This document shows positions 1-10,026 of a stretch of DNA of 51,897 nt, piece by piece (position 1 is the first letter of the stretch; each line of letters opens with the position of its first letter). Where the stretch lies: positions 1 to 51,897 of the forward strand of contig JABCTC010000025.1 of NCBI GenBank assembly GCA_018238545.1. Reading direction: 5' to 3'. The stretch is from Candidatus Heimdallarchaeota archaeon. Lineage in GTDB: Archaea > Asgardarchaeota > Heimdallarchaeia > Heimdallarchaeales > Heimdallarchaeaceae. Made by a program: the position numbers and the translations under genes. The notes below the pieces were generated by a model. It was not told the origin of the DNA. It worked only from the letters and a program-made list of their open reading frames with translations, and did not search any database.

Positions 1-1
1 T

Positions 2-970
2 TAACAATTTTATGGGTAATCTTCCTTTCTTTTTTCTTTTAAATGGTAATGGAACAACTTTTGCTACTGGGAGACCTTTAACTAACTGAGGGACACTCTG
101 CATGAAATGGTCAAAGAGTGTGAAAACAATTATCAGCCTGACAGCTGAAAAGAGTTTTCGGGAAGGTTTCCCAATTATCGTTGCTAGTTGTTCTGCTAGT
201 ATTTTGAGACTTTTCCAACGAGAAAGTTGAGGGTTGTTAATCCACGAGGCGAGAAAAGGGATAACTACTGCTTGCTCTTTTTTTAATAGTTGGAGTTTGG
301 CTAAAAAGGCTTGTTGCCTCTTAGTCACTTGGGGAATAGTAGCAAAAGCATTGTTGTAAAAGAACAGTGCGTCATCTATCGCTTGTACTATGTCTTGTTG
401 TGTTGTAGAAGGAAGGAAAGAATTGAAATGTAAATGGTTGGGGCTATAAATTACTTTCTTTTTCTTTCCCCAATATCCATCAGCTTGTTGTCTAGTGCTG
501 GTTAAGAGGTTGATAACGTACCTTCTTTTCAGTTTCCAATAGTTCCCTAAACTGCTTTCAGTATAAGGTGACCTACCAAAGATCATCCATTCTACAAGTT
601 GTTGAGGATTCTTAACAAGAAAGTTTAGCAACCCTTGTACTTTCTGTTCCTTCTCTCTTTTCCCCTTGATTGCTATATGCAACCAATGGAAAGCACTCTC
701 TGCTATGTTAGGACTCTTCCCCACTTCTTTGCATAGTTGGCGGGTGAAGAACCCTTCCTTAGGGTTGGAACTGTATAACGTTTCTGCCTTCTTTACTATT
801 CTCGGAGAAAGGAGGGGCAGTTGCTGTTCTTCTAGCTTTCTTATCCTTCGGTTGATCTCTTCTCGTTGGTGCTGGTCTACACATTTTAGCGCCACCTGGT
901 AGCTTCGCATCACCGTCTTTGAGTGAGTGTTGGCAGCTACTTGTGCTTTCTTTGTTGCTTGTGAGACCAT
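2..970 (-). CDS. tnpB: Large TnpB-like ORF B, N-terminal ~323 aa; runs off the window start
   Basis: Not in the ORF track. ATG at 970 gives MVSQATKK...VMRSYQVALKC..QREEINRRIRKLEE..NPQQLVEWMIFGRSPYTESSLGNYWKL, collinear with and highly similar to 12902..14845. GGTGA SD-like motif upstream. Confidence 0.9.
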   Translation of the reverse strand, partial: MVSQATKKAQVAANTHSKTVMRSYQVALKCVDQHQREEINRRIRKLEEQQLPLLSPRIVKKAETLYSSNPKEGFFTRQLCKEVGKSPNIAESAFHWLHIAIKGKREKEQKVQGLLNFLVKNPQQLVEWMIFGRSPYTESSLGNYWKLKRRYVINLLTSTRQQADGYWGKKKKVIYSPNHLHFNSFLPSTTQQDIVQAIDDALFFYNNAFATIPQVTKRQQAFLAKLQLLKKEQAVVIPFLASWINNPQLSRWKSLKILAEQLATIIGKPSRKLFSAVRLIIVFTLFDHFMQSVPQLVKGLPVAKVVPLPFKRKKKGRLPIKLL

Positions 971-998
971 TGTCTTCACCTATTTATCCACAGAATGG

Positions 999-1014
999 TA
1001 TATAAACGCGAAGA
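999..1014 (-). promoter_or_regulatory. Putative TATA promoter of ORF B (copy 1)
   Basis: Minus strand TTCTTCGCG-TTTATATA ~30 nt upstream of the ATG; the equivalent TTCTTCGGG-TTTAAATA precedes copy 2. Confidence 0.55.
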
Positions 1015-1301
1015 AAAGTCAGCTAGGAGGAGTTTTTCCTCATAACAAGATTGGGTAAGTTTCTGCTCATCAGTTGACTACGGTAATTATTTTACCTTTA
1101 ACAATAGCAAATTTCATCTTAATTATGTTTCATTCAAAGGAATTTTTAAACCTATTTGAAGGAAGATACAATGCCCCTCTACAAAACCTGAAAGTTAGTT
1201 GTTTGACGTATTGAAAGTATAAAAAAGAGCAAAACAATCAATTACTCCTCAAAGAGAGTAGGGTTTAAAAATTAAATTGTTTGTTTACCTATTGTGATTA
1301 T

Positions 1302-1637
1302 ATGACTGTTGATTTAACTGAACGATTAAAAGAATTCGGAAAAAAGGTGGAAGATTGGGGAAAAATGAAAACAAGTGTTGCTGGTGTTTCCATTGTTAAG
1401 CTCCCCACAAAAGGAAAGGATCTTAACTTAGGACTTGAGGTAATGCCGGTTAATGAAGATGGTAAGCCATTAAAGAGAAAAGGGGTGTACTTCACTTCAT
1501 TAGATCAATGGGAAGCATTCAAATCTATACTTAATAACGAAAAAGCACAAGATCTTATAGAAAACATTGATGGAATGAAAAAACAAAAAGCAGTCACAAG
1601 TGCATCTGAAGATAATGGAGAAGTATTAGAACTATAA
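1302..1637 (+). CDS. Conserved archaeal hypothetical protein
   Basis: ATG at 1302 preferred over the TTG at 1281. The DW..KTS..GV.IVKLP...PV..G.P.K.KG pattern resembles small archaeal proteins of unknown function. Confidence 0.7.
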   Translation: MTVDLTERLKEFGKKVEDWGKMKTSVAGVSIVKLPTKGKDLNLGLEVMPVNEDGKPLKRKGVYFTSLDQWEAFKSILNNEKAQDLIENIDGMKKQKAVTSASEDNGEVLEL

Positions 1638-1659
1638 GCTCTTCTGAGGAGTTATTTAT

Positions 1660-2961
1660 ATGAAAGCCATCCTTTTAGCAGCTGGTGAGGGGTTAAGATT
1701 AAGACCTTTAACTGAAAATGTTCCCAAACCATTATTGAAAATTCTTGATAAAACAATTCTCGAGAGATCAATAAACAACTTAGCAAAATGTGGTGTTGAA
1801 GGTTTTGTTATTATCACCAATTATAAAGAAGAGGAAATCAAAGAATACATTCTAGATAAATTTTCTTCTTTAGATATTGTTTTTGTGCATCAACCAGAAA
1901 TAAAAGGTACTGGAAATGCTTTTCTTTTAGCTAAAAATCATATTCAAGAGGAATTTTTCATAGGTGTTAATGGAGATTGTTTGTACTCAGTTTCCTTGAT
2001 AAAGCAGACAGTTGAAGCTGCGAAAAATAACATTGTTTCTGTAGGAGGAAAACTAGTATTTGATCCTGAAAATTATGGTATCATCCTAATTGACGATAAT
2101 TCTAGTCCTCATGAAATAAAAGAAAAACCTTCACGAACAGAAATGAAGGAAGGCTATGCAAACATTGGTTTGTATTCACTAAGTAAGGATATTTTTCCAA
2201 TTCTAGAAAAGATAGAGGAAGAAGGAGAGATTTCTCCACGTGGTGAGTATGAACTTCCAGATGCAATAAACAGAGTGCTTAGTGCTAGGAAATATCCAGT
2301 TAACCTTGTAACACTGGGCGAGAAAGATTATTGGTTTGACATTGGACGGCCTTGGTCACTTCTTGAAGCGAATAAAACCTTATTGGACACAATTGCAGAC
2401 GATCGAAAAGGGGAGATAGAGGACGGAGTTCATATTAAAGGTAAGATAATCATCAAGAAGGGTGCCATAATAAAAAGTGGAACCTATATTGAAGGACCAG
2501 TATTCATAGATGAAGAAGCAGTTATCGGACCAAATTGCTATATTAGAAACCATACCTATTTGGGGAAAAAGTCTAAAGTAGGCAACGCATGTGAGATAAA
2601 GAATTCAATAATAGGAGATAATACTCATGTAGCTCATCTTTCTTATGTGGGTGATACTATTATTGGAGAAAATTGTAATTTTGGTGCAGGAACAAAAACG
2701 GCAAATTTACGTTTGGATAAGCAATTAATACCCGTTAATGTAAAGGGAAAGAGAGAAGATAGTGGGAGAAGAAAATTAGGAGCAATTATTGGAGATAATG
2801 TTGAAACAGGTATTGGAGCTTTAATTATGCCCGGAATTAAGATTGGAAACAGTTCTTGGATAGGATCAGGAACAATTGTTAATGAAGACGTTCCATCCGA
2901 ATCAATATATTTTGGAACTCAATCGTATACTCTAAAAAGGAAAAAAACCGATGCTAATTAA
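1660..2961 (+). CDS. glmU: Bifunctional sugar-1-phosphate nucleotidylyltransferase/acetyltransferase (archaeal GlmU-like)
   Basis: LAAGEGLRLRPLT..PKPL nucleotidyltransferase motif, SPRGEYELPD, C-terminal hexapeptide repeats with HLSYVGD. Confidence 0.9.
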   Translation: MKAILLAAGEGLRLRPLTENVPKPLLKILDKTILERSINNLAKCGVEGFVIITNYKEEEIKEYILDKFSSLDIVFVHQPEIKGTGNAFLLAKNHIQEEFFIGVNGDCLYSVSLIKQTVEAAKNNIVSVGGKLVFDPENYGIILIDDNSSPHEIKEKPSRTEMKEGYANIGLYSLSKDIFPILEKIEEEGEISPRGEYELPDAINRVLSARKYPVNLVTLGEKDYWFDIGRPWSLLEANKTLLDTIADDRKGEIEDGVHIKGKIIIKKGAIIKSGTYIEGPVFIDEEAVIGPNCYIRNHTYLGKKSKVGNACEIKNSIIGDNTHVAHLSYVGDTIIGENCNFGAGTKTANLRLDKQLIPVNVKGKREDSGRRKLGAIIGDNVETGIGALIMPGIKIGNSSWIGSGTIVNEDVPSESIYFGTQSYTLKRKKTDAN

Positions 2962-4561
2962 AGAGCAAAACGCTATTCGGAAGAAGTGGTCACCAGACAG
3001 AATATCAATAGGTTTAATCTACCCAAACACCTATCGAGTCGCTATGACCAGTTTGGGTATGCACTTACTATACTTTCTTTTTAACAGTTGGGAAAATTTT
3101 GCCTGTGAAAGAATATTTAAACCACTTGATTCAAAAGTTCTCCCTTACGCCTTAGAAAGCCAAAAAAAGCTCTCAGATTTTGATGTATTGGCAATTTCAT
3201 GTCAATTTGAACACGATTACTTAGAAGCAATAGCATTGTTACATAGAGGTGGAATCAACCCTGATGTCAGAAAACGGGATGAACATGCACCGCTTATTTT
3301 GATTGGAGGACCATCCCCCACTTCTAATCCATTTCCCGTACTTTTTACTCCTGATGTCTTTTTCCTTGGAGATATAGAACCTGTTGCCAACAAAATAAGA
3401 TTAGCACTAGAAAAAGAAACAAAAAAAGAGAGAATAGAAGCTCTTTCAAATATTCCTGGATGCATGGCATTTGGCTATCATTATAATGAATCTGGTGAAT
3501 GGATCGGAGAAAAGGTCCAAAGTGTTCGAACGAAGGAACTCTCTGATTCTTTCTATCCAATAAAACAAATAATACCTGAAAACGTTAAAGGCACAAAAAA
3601 TGAACCAATTTTTGGTAAAGCTTACTATTTAGAAACAGATAGGGGGTGTTCCGAAAGATGTCTTTTCTGTTTTGTGGGACATTGCCGCTTTCCTCGCAGG
3701 GGAAGAAGCCTTGAAAGATTAACTGATATTATTGAACAAGCGAGTCAAGTAAATGATTTTGAGAAAGTTGTCCTATATGGTAGCGCTGTTGCTCAATCAG
3801 GTACTCTTGATAAACTTATAGAATTCATTGTTTCCAAGGGATATGAGGTCTCATGTTCATCATTTCGAGCAGATTATCTCACAGAAGACCTGCTCTTGAA
3901 CTTGCGAAAAGGTAAACAAAGGACATTATCTCTTGCTCCAGAAACGGGAGATGAAGATCAACGATTTGCTATAAACAAACGAATGTCTGATGAAACCATT
4001 TATTCTGCATTAAAACTTGCTTGGGATGTGGGGTTCAGACGACTCAAACTATATATGATATATGGATTTCCTTTAGAAAAAGAAAAAGTAAAATACAACT
4101 CATATGAATTTGTTAAAAAAATCCGAGCAAAATATTTTCCAACTGGTCGTATCTCAATATCAATGAATCAATTCATAACAAAAGCAAATACACCTTTTCA
4201 ATTTGTTCCCATGCTTGGAATTAGTGATTCCAAAAATCAGCAGAAATGGTATAGATCTAATTTGTATCAACTCAAAAATGTTGAGGCGGCCTTCTATGCT
4301 CCTGAATGGGCGATTATACAGAAGATACTATCCCTAAGTAACCACAACTACTTTCCAATTATAAATGAAGTATCTTTGATGGGAAATAAAATCGGCAATT
4401 GGAAACGAATACTCAAAAATAATGGGAGCAACTTAGATAATGAAGCCAGTAAAAGTTATGATATTGATACTTTTCTGCCATGGGATAATATTTCACAACC
4501 ATTAGAAAAGAAGTTTCTTATAAAATCTTATCAGAAATATCTTGCAAAAATGGAACCTTAA
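2951..4561 (+). CDS. Radical SAM protein with N-terminal B12-binding-like domain
   Basis: RGCSERCLFC CxxxCxxC motif, YPNTY..AM.SLG N-terminus, LAPETG and KLYMIYG motifs. Confidence 0.85.
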   Translation: MLIKEQNAIRKKWSPDRISIGLIYPNTYRVAMTSLGMHLLYFLFNSWENFACERIFKPLDSKVLPYALESQKKLSDFDVLAISCQFEHDYLEAIALLHRGGINPDVRKRDEHAPLILIGGPSPTSNPFPVLFTPDVFFLGDIEPVANKIRLALEKETKKERIEALSNIPGCMAFGYHYNESGEWIGEKVQSVRTKELSDSFYPIKQIIPENVKGTKNEPIFGKAYYLETDRGCSERCLFCFVGHCRFPRRGRSLERLTDIIEQASQVNDFEKVVLYGSAVAQSGTLDKLIEFIVSKGYEVSCSSFRADYLTEDLLLNLRKGKQRTLSLAPETGDEDQRFAINKRMSDETIYSALKLAWDVGFRRLKLYMIYGFPLEKEKVKYNSYEFVKKIRAKYFPTGRISISMNQFITKANTPFQFVPMLGISDSKNQQKWYRSNLYQLKNVEAAFYAPEWAIIQKILSLSNHNYFPIINEVSLMGNKIGNWKRILKNNGSNLDNEASKSYDIDTFLPWDNISQPLEKKFLIKSYQKYLAKMEP

Positions 4562-4947
4562 TTTTTTATTACAAAAACAAGGCAGATATGTGTAGATATT
4601 GCCGTCAATAATACATATTTTCCAATTATTATTAATATAGAGCAAAAAAATAAACGAGGTTTTAGCTAATAATGCGTTCAACTAATAGGAAGTTTATCGT
4701 TTTTAAAGAAAAGCGACATGTTGTGTTTAAAGGGACAACAAGCTAGTTTTGTGGACGTTATATTTCATAAAATAAGATATTAACCCCTTCTAATTGTAAG
4801 TGTATTTATAACTATTGAGAATGCAAGAAAAAGATTAAAACATAAAAGGCCTCTAAAGCAGGATATTCTCAAATTTAAAAGATATTATGCAAGAAAATAA
4901 ATAGTTGTATTTGGAAAATATTTTTTTTGTAGTTTTTCCGTATAATC

Positions 4948-4962
4948 TTTAGAGACTCTAAA
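4948..4962. promoter_or_regulatory. Perfect palindrome, candidate operator
   Basis: TTTAGAG-A-CTCTAAA, ~100 nt upstream of a small wHTH gene. Confidence 0.35.
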
Positions 4963-5061
4963 TAAAGCGAGTACTGTAACGATTCGCTTCATTTTTCCAA
5001 TATCGATTTCAAATAAGTTTAAAAGGAGAATTTCTTGAGTCTCTATTAATTATCAAAGGAA

Positions 5062-5316
5062 ATGATGATTGTGGCTATAGCTCTCGAAAACATTAAAATC
5101 AATCAAGAACTTATGACAGGCTTACCGCCTAGTGCAATTACGATCTTTAGAATTGTTACTGGAAGTGGACCTATAACTAGTAGAGAAATTGTTGATTTGT
5201 GCAATTTGGCTCCACGAACTGTTCGACACGGTTTGAAACTTTTGGTTCGAGCAGGATTAATACAAAAAATACCACATCTTCTTGATATGCGTTCTTGCAA
5301 ATTCTATGTAGATTGA
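5062..5316 (+). CDS. Small winged-helix DNA-binding protein
   Basis: LPPSA..IF..V...GPITSREI.....LAPRTVRHGLKLL...GLI HTH pattern. Confidence 0.8.
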   Translation: MMIVAIALENIKINQELMTGLPPSAITIFRIVTGSGPITSREIVDLCNLAPRTVRHGLKLLVRAGLIQKIPHLLDMRSCKFYVD

Positions 5317-5350
5317 TTATCTACAATCTCTTATTTTTAAAAAAAGAAAA

Positions 5351-7651
5351 TTAAAGCTCCACATCACTACTGTGGAACAGGACATCTCGGTTTATAGCAG
5401 ATTTGAAAAGTTGCAAAAGCAAATCGTTTGTAGTACGTATTGCTATAGGCACCGCATCAACTGTTAGAAAGGCAAATACAGCTTCATTGTTTCCGTCAAG
5501 GATTGCGCAATAAACATCTTTTTTATCGTAATGTTTAAGCTTTAATCCAGGAAATCTTTCTGCTAAAGGTCGAAGCAAAGTCTGGTGTTTACTCTTATCA
5601 AAAGAGGATACTAGACTAATTCTTTGAGCTTTTGTGTATTGCATCATTTCTTTCAATAACTCTTCATCAACATCTGGTGTGACAAGCAAAAGTTCATACT
5701 TAGAACGCATAGCAATGTCGGTGATGCTTGCTTTTATGGCCTCTTCACCTACAATGATGGACGTATTGTGTTGTCCTTCAAAGGAGTAAGAAGAGGCAGA
5801 CCTATCTATTTGTCTAAGCTCATCCTCTCTCGTATTAATAACTTGGTAGAAAGCCATGGCTTTACCAATAACGGAATCGAGTTGGGATATAAGGATGTCA
5901 TCAATATCTTTTACAACAGAAGCAATTTGAGAGACCAAGGTATTAATCTGTATTTCCTCACCTTCAGTAACTTGTTGAATAATCTGTTCCTTTTGTTCTT
6001 CCTTATTGTCCTTAAGATATTGCTTTTTGTCTGTTAGACTTGCAGCCAACTCATTTTGTTTGTTACTCTTTGTTTCTCGGAACTGTTCAACAGATGCATT
6101 TATCTTTGTTTTCAAGGTAATAGCCATTTTTTCAGCATCTTGTTTGGATTTAGTTATTTCTTGAAGTGTATCTGTTTGTAATTTTTGTATAACTTGATTA
6201 CATTCAAGACTAAACTTTTGGATTTCAGTCAAGGCCCCATCCTTTGACTTAGTCAGTTCATCAGCTGTCGTTTGTTTCAATTTCTCAGTTACTTCAGCAC
6301 AAGATTTGTAAGAGGATCCAGCATATTTTTCAGTTCCATTTTGAAGCAATTCTAGTAAGTCACTAGGAAGTAAATCAATTTTGTCTATGGCTTCACTAGT
6401 AAGTTGATTCTTCTTTGTTCGTATAGTGGTTTCCCCTGTTAATTGGAAATGATCCAACTTTGACCTAATATCGTCTCTTACATCATTTAGAGCTAAAACA
6501 TGTTGATCTATTAGTTGCAAACCACTTTCGTTCAAATCGTTTGCAAGATTTCTAACAGTATCTCTTGCATCTACTAGTGGAGATTCAATTTGCTTTCTAG
6601 CTTTTCCTAGCTTTAGTACAGCAGAAGCGTCAATCGAATTTAGAGATTCAGCAATTTTAGATGACAGAAAATTAATTTGTCTATCAATTTGCTCAACGCT
6701 TCTTCTTAGTTCTTGAGTCTGCTTAATCTGCTCAGAGAAGAGATTGTTTACCTCTTGAGAGATAGCGTCTACTACCATTTTAGATTCGTTTGTCCAAGAA
6801 GCATAAGCTTCTTGCCAAATCGTATCATATTTATCCACGAATGACTCTTGGATATCTGTAACTCTACCAATAAGTTCTTTCAACTCATTATCCAATTCAG
6901 GGACCAATTTTTCAAGAAATTCTTTATGGTTATCAGTATGAGCATCTAGACTATTAGCAATTATTTGACTCAAATTATCAAATGTTTCTTTGGTTTGTTG
7001 TTCAACCGCTTCTGCTAATTGATTACTTCTCTGTTTTGCAACATGATTGAATTGTTTAACAAATGCATTCAATTCCTCTACAAATGATTCTAACTGTGTT
7101 GAGAAAATTATAGGTTGATCCATTATTTTAGTAAGATACCCTTCTACGGATTCCTTGTTATCGTCAACATACGTGGAAACAGATTCATGTAGTTCATCAC
7201 TATATTCAACATATTTTTGATAGAGAGTATCGACTACTTGCTTTATCAACCCACTTACAATGTGAATATCAAACACATTCCCATCGCCAGTAAGTTCCAA
7301 GGTTCCTCCAAATTTAGTCTTTTTCTCCTTATATTCTTCCTTTGCACTCTTTAAGGAATTAATCATACCATCTATAGAATAGAGGGCGTCTTTTTCAACA
7401 ACAATATACTCTTTCAGGAATGGTAACATTCCGAAATATTCAGGTGTTCTACCAGCTATTTTTTTCAGAAAACCCAGTTCTTCCAGATTCTTCACAGATT
7501 GAATCAGAGTGAGTGGGTCTAACCCTGTAACCACAAGCAGTTCACCTATAGTAACTTTACCAAGCCCCAATGTTGCTGCATAAACTTTAATGTCAGTTTC
7601 ATTAAAACCTATACGAGTCAATAAAGGAGGTAGAATATCGATTTTGGACAT
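5351..7651 (-). CDS. TrmB-like protein: N-terminal wHTH, long helical/coiled-coil insert, C-terminal PLD-like domain
   Basis: N-term L.RIGFNETDIKVY..L...L..LEELGFL (TrmB HTH); ~500 aa Q/E/K/L-rich helical middle; C-term I.G...I...I.DI..R.K.ELLLVTP. Confidence 0.65.
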   Translation of the reverse strand: MSKIDILPPLLTRIGFNETDIKVYAATLGLGKVTIGELLVVTGLDPLTLIQSVKNLEELGFLKKIAGRTPEYFGMLPFLKEYIVVEKDALYSIDGMINSLKSAKEEYKEKKTKFGGTLELTGDGNVFDIHIVSGLIKQVVDTLYQKYVEYSDELHESVSTYVDDNKESVEGYLTKIMDQPIIFSTQLESFVEELNAFVKQFNHVAKQRSNQLAEAVEQQTKETFDNLSQIIANSLDAHTDNHKEFLEKLVPELDNELKELIGRVTDIQESFVDKYDTIWQEAYASWTNESKMVVDAISQEVNNLFSEQIKQTQELRRSVEQIDRQINFLSSKIAESLNSIDASAVLKLGKARKQIESPLVDARDTVRNLANDLNESGLQLIDQHVLALNDVRDDIRSKLDHFQLTGETTIRTKKNQLTSEAIDKIDLLPSDLLELLQNGTEKYAGSSYKSCAEVTEKLKQTTADELTKSKDGALTEIQKFSLECNQVIQKLQTDTLQEITKSKQDAEKMAITLKTKINASVEQFRETKSNKQNELAASLTDKKQYLKDNKEEQKEQIIQQVTEGEEIQINTLVSQIASVVKDIDDILISQLDSVIGKAMAFYQVINTREDELRQIDRSASSYSFEGQHNTSIIVGEEAIKASITDIAMRSKYELLLVTPDVDEELLKEMMQYTKAQRISLVSSFDKSKHQTLLRPLAERFPGLKLKHYDKKDVYCAILDGNNEAVFAFLTVDAVPIAIRTTNDLLLQLFKSAINRDVLFHSSDVEL

Positions 7652-7781
7652 ATCCTTCAGCCTACAATTTTTTTAACGTTAATTACTAGTTAGTTGTTTC
7701 CTAAATAAATTTTATTGCAATATAGACATGATTTGACTACCTTAAAAAGAATATACAAAAGGCAACAAAAAAAGCAATTAC

Positions 7782-8426
7782 CTATTCCTCAACAACACCC
7801 ACTCTAGGACATGCTTCATTCAAGAAACAGGTTTTGCATAAAGGTTTTTGAGCTTTACAAACTGCCCGTCCATGGGAAATAAACAAATGAGTTAGCCGAC
7901 CCCATTTCTCAGAAGGAATTATTTCTTGTAAATCTGTCTCAATTTTGTTTGGATCAGTATTATCTGTTAGCCCCATCCGGTATGATAAACGTTTAACATG
8001 AGTATCAACAGCAATGCCTTCATGGATATCAAACCAATCATTTAGCAAAACATTAGCAGTTTTTCTACCGACACCCGGTAATTTAACTAGCTCAAGAATG
8101 GATGTAGGAACTATAGAATCATATTCATTAATAAGCTGTTTTGATAAATTGAAAATGAATTTAGCTTTATTCTTGTATAAACCTACTTTCGAAATATATC
8201 TTTCTATTTCAATAATTGAGGAGGAAGCAAAAGCTTCGGGATCTGGAAAATGAGAAAATAATTTTTCGGTAATTAAGTTTACTTGTTTATCTGTGCTTTG
8301 AGCGCTTAACACGGTAGCTATAAGCAATTGAAAGGGGGAAGAATAATTTGCTAAACCCCCACGAAATTCCGGATAATTCTTTTCCAGTAACAATAATATT
8401 CTGGAAAACCTATTAGATAAGCTCAT
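7782..8426 (-). CDS. nth: Endonuclease III
   Basis: LIATVLSAQSTD, LPGVGRKTANV HhH, AVDTHV, C-x6-C-x2-C-x5-C Fe-S motif. Confidence 0.95.
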   Translation of the reverse strand: MSLSNRFSRILLLLEKNYPEFRGGLANYSSPFQLLIATVLSAQSTDKQVNLITEKLFSHFPDPEAFASSSIIEIERYISKVGLYKNKAKFIFNLSKQLINEYDSIVPTSILELVKLPGVGRKTANVLLNDWFDIHEGIAVDTHVKRLSYRMGLTDNTDPNKIETDLQEIIPSEKWGRLTHLFISHGRAVCKAQKPLCKTCFLNEACPRVGVVEE

Positions 8427-8624
8427 TACAATAAGAGGGAAAGTTTTCCCATTTTATACTATTTGATAACTACTAAAAGAAAGCATATAATATTCTGAAT
8501 AGACAATATGTTAATTTGCAAACTACACCATTGTAACGAACAGAAAGAATATTTGACGAGGAGTATCAAATAATTTAAATACTATCCTAAGCTAATAGTA
8601 ATTTGTATAAAGGGGAAAAAACGA

Positions 8625-9194
8625 ATGGCAGCGGGCCAAAGAAAAATATTCAAAATAACTTTGTTGGGAGACGGTGCAGTTGGAAAAACATCCTTGCGTA
8701 AAACCTATCTAGGAGAAGGATTCAAAGACGGCTACTCTATGACAATCGGAGCAGATTTTGCTGTAAAACGACTTCGAATTGACGATCAAGATTTTGTTGC
8801 TCAGATTTGGGATTTAGCAGGACAACAAAGATTCTCAGCTGTTCGTGAAGTTTATTACCGAGGAACTTCTGGTTGCCTTCTTGTTTTTGATATTTCTCGT
8901 CGTTCTAGTTTCGAAAATATCCCTTCCTGGATCGCAGAACTTCTTAAGAACAATAGCAATAGGGTTGTCCCCATTGTTTTAATTGGTAATAAAAGCGATC
9001 TTCGTGCTACCGCAAAAGATCCTATTATGCGAGAACAATCTGAAGAATATGCTCGTTCTCTATCACAATGGTCTGGTTTTTCTGTTCCTTACATTGAAAC
9101 TTCTGCAAAAACAGGAGAAAATGTCGATGAAGCTTTCAAGACATTACTAAAAAACATTGTTCTCTTCTATGAAAAACTCTATGCACAGCAATAG
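8625..9194 (+). CDS. Rab/Ras-like small GTPase
   Basis: GDGAVGKT, TIGADF, WDLAGQ, NKSD, ETSAK; no C-terminal Cys prenylation motif. Confidence 0.95.
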   Translation: MAAGQRKIFKITLLGDGAVGKTSLRKTYLGEGFKDGYSMTIGADFAVKRLRIDDQDFVAQIWDLAGQQRFSAVREVYYRGTSGCLLVFDISRRSSFENIPSWIAELLKNNSNRVVPIVLIGNKSDLRATAKDPIMREQSEEYARSLSQWSGFSVPYIETSAKTGENVDEAFKTLLKNIVLFYEKLYAQQ

Positions 9195-9216
9195 TGTTGT
9201 TTACTTTTTATTTATT

Positions 9217-10026
9217 TTATTTATCTTCACTTGTTTTTACTTTGATATTCATTGTTTCTTCATCAAAGCTGGCATCAAGAGAGACTGTGTTGTCTTCATT
9301 TATTTGTAGTATTTTCATTTTTTCTAGTTCATTGATATATCGTTTAGTCTGTAATAATGACACACCTAGAACAAATGATAGTTGAATTTGTGCAATTGCT
9401 CCCATTCTTCTTAACAAATTTATTATGTTAAATCTTGGATCAGTAGTAATCAACCTTTCTAGTACTTCTTTTTGTTTACTCCATTTCCCTTTTTCTGATA
9501 AAACAAAATCTAATTTCTCTTGCAGTTCTTTTTTCTCGGTTTCAATTGTTACTATTTGATCAGATAGTTCATAGATTAAAGACTCTCTTTCTTCTAAGAG
9601 CAATTTTAGCATTTCCTTCTCTTTTTCTATTGTCTCCTGTATATTTGCTATATTTTCTTCAGTCAACTCTCTTTTTAGAAGAGATTCTTCTATACTTGAA
9701 CTATCCCGTCTTCTTGGATATTGTGACACTGTTTGAAAACTAGATAAAAAGTTGAATAATCTAAAAAATTCTGCTTTTAATTCTGATATAATATTGTCTG
9801 AAGAAGATTTCAACATTTCATTGATATATGTTATTGATGGATTGATGTCTAATAAATTATTATTGTAATTTGGTGAACCTCTCTTTGTATCAGTTATTTG
9901 AGTTGAGTTTACCTTGCTCTTAAGTGCTTTCACTTCTTTTGTAAGTCTAACAATCTCATCAGCAATATCCATTAACTCATGGGTTTCAGTATTATCAAAA
10001 TTGTCTTCATTTTCCATGAGGATCAA
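9217..10026 (-). CDS. Coiled-coil protein with C-terminal winged helix
   Basis: Heptad-rich middle; C-term DPRFNIINLL...QLSFVLGVSL.QTKRYINELEK HTH-like. Confidence 0.65.
   Translation of the reverse strand: MILMENEDNFDNTETHELMDIADEIVRLTKEVKALKSKVNSTQITDTKRGSPNYNNNLLDINPSITYINEMLKSSSDNIISELKAEFFRLFNFLSSFQTVSQYPRRRDSSSIEESLLKRELTEENIANIQETIEKEKEMLKLLLEERESLIYELSDQIVTIETEKKELQEKLDFVLSEKGKWSKQKEVLERLITTDPRFNIINLLRRMGAIAQIQLSFVLGVSLLQTKRYINELEKMKILQINEDNTVSLDASFDEETMNIKVKTSEDK

Larger units (their letters stand above)
1..1086 (-). mobile_element. Non-autonomous IS607-family derivative (tnpA deleted); right part outside the window
   Basis: 1046-1086 matches the left-end block of the complete element (15543-15583; 28/41 nt identical, ungapped). 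1019-1041 encodes GKTPPS*, the tail of tnpA (GKAPPNK* in the full copy). Confidence 0.8.

Noticed and set aside
1050-1082. CTGATGA-GCA-GAAA on the minus strand, resembling a hammerhead ribozyme core
   Set aside because: No stem II and no stem I/III partners; the motif is not kept in the homologous left end at 15543-15583.
4562-5061. Replication origin in the long AT-rich gap
   Set aside because: No ORB-like repeats recognised and no adjacent cdc6/orc1 gene.
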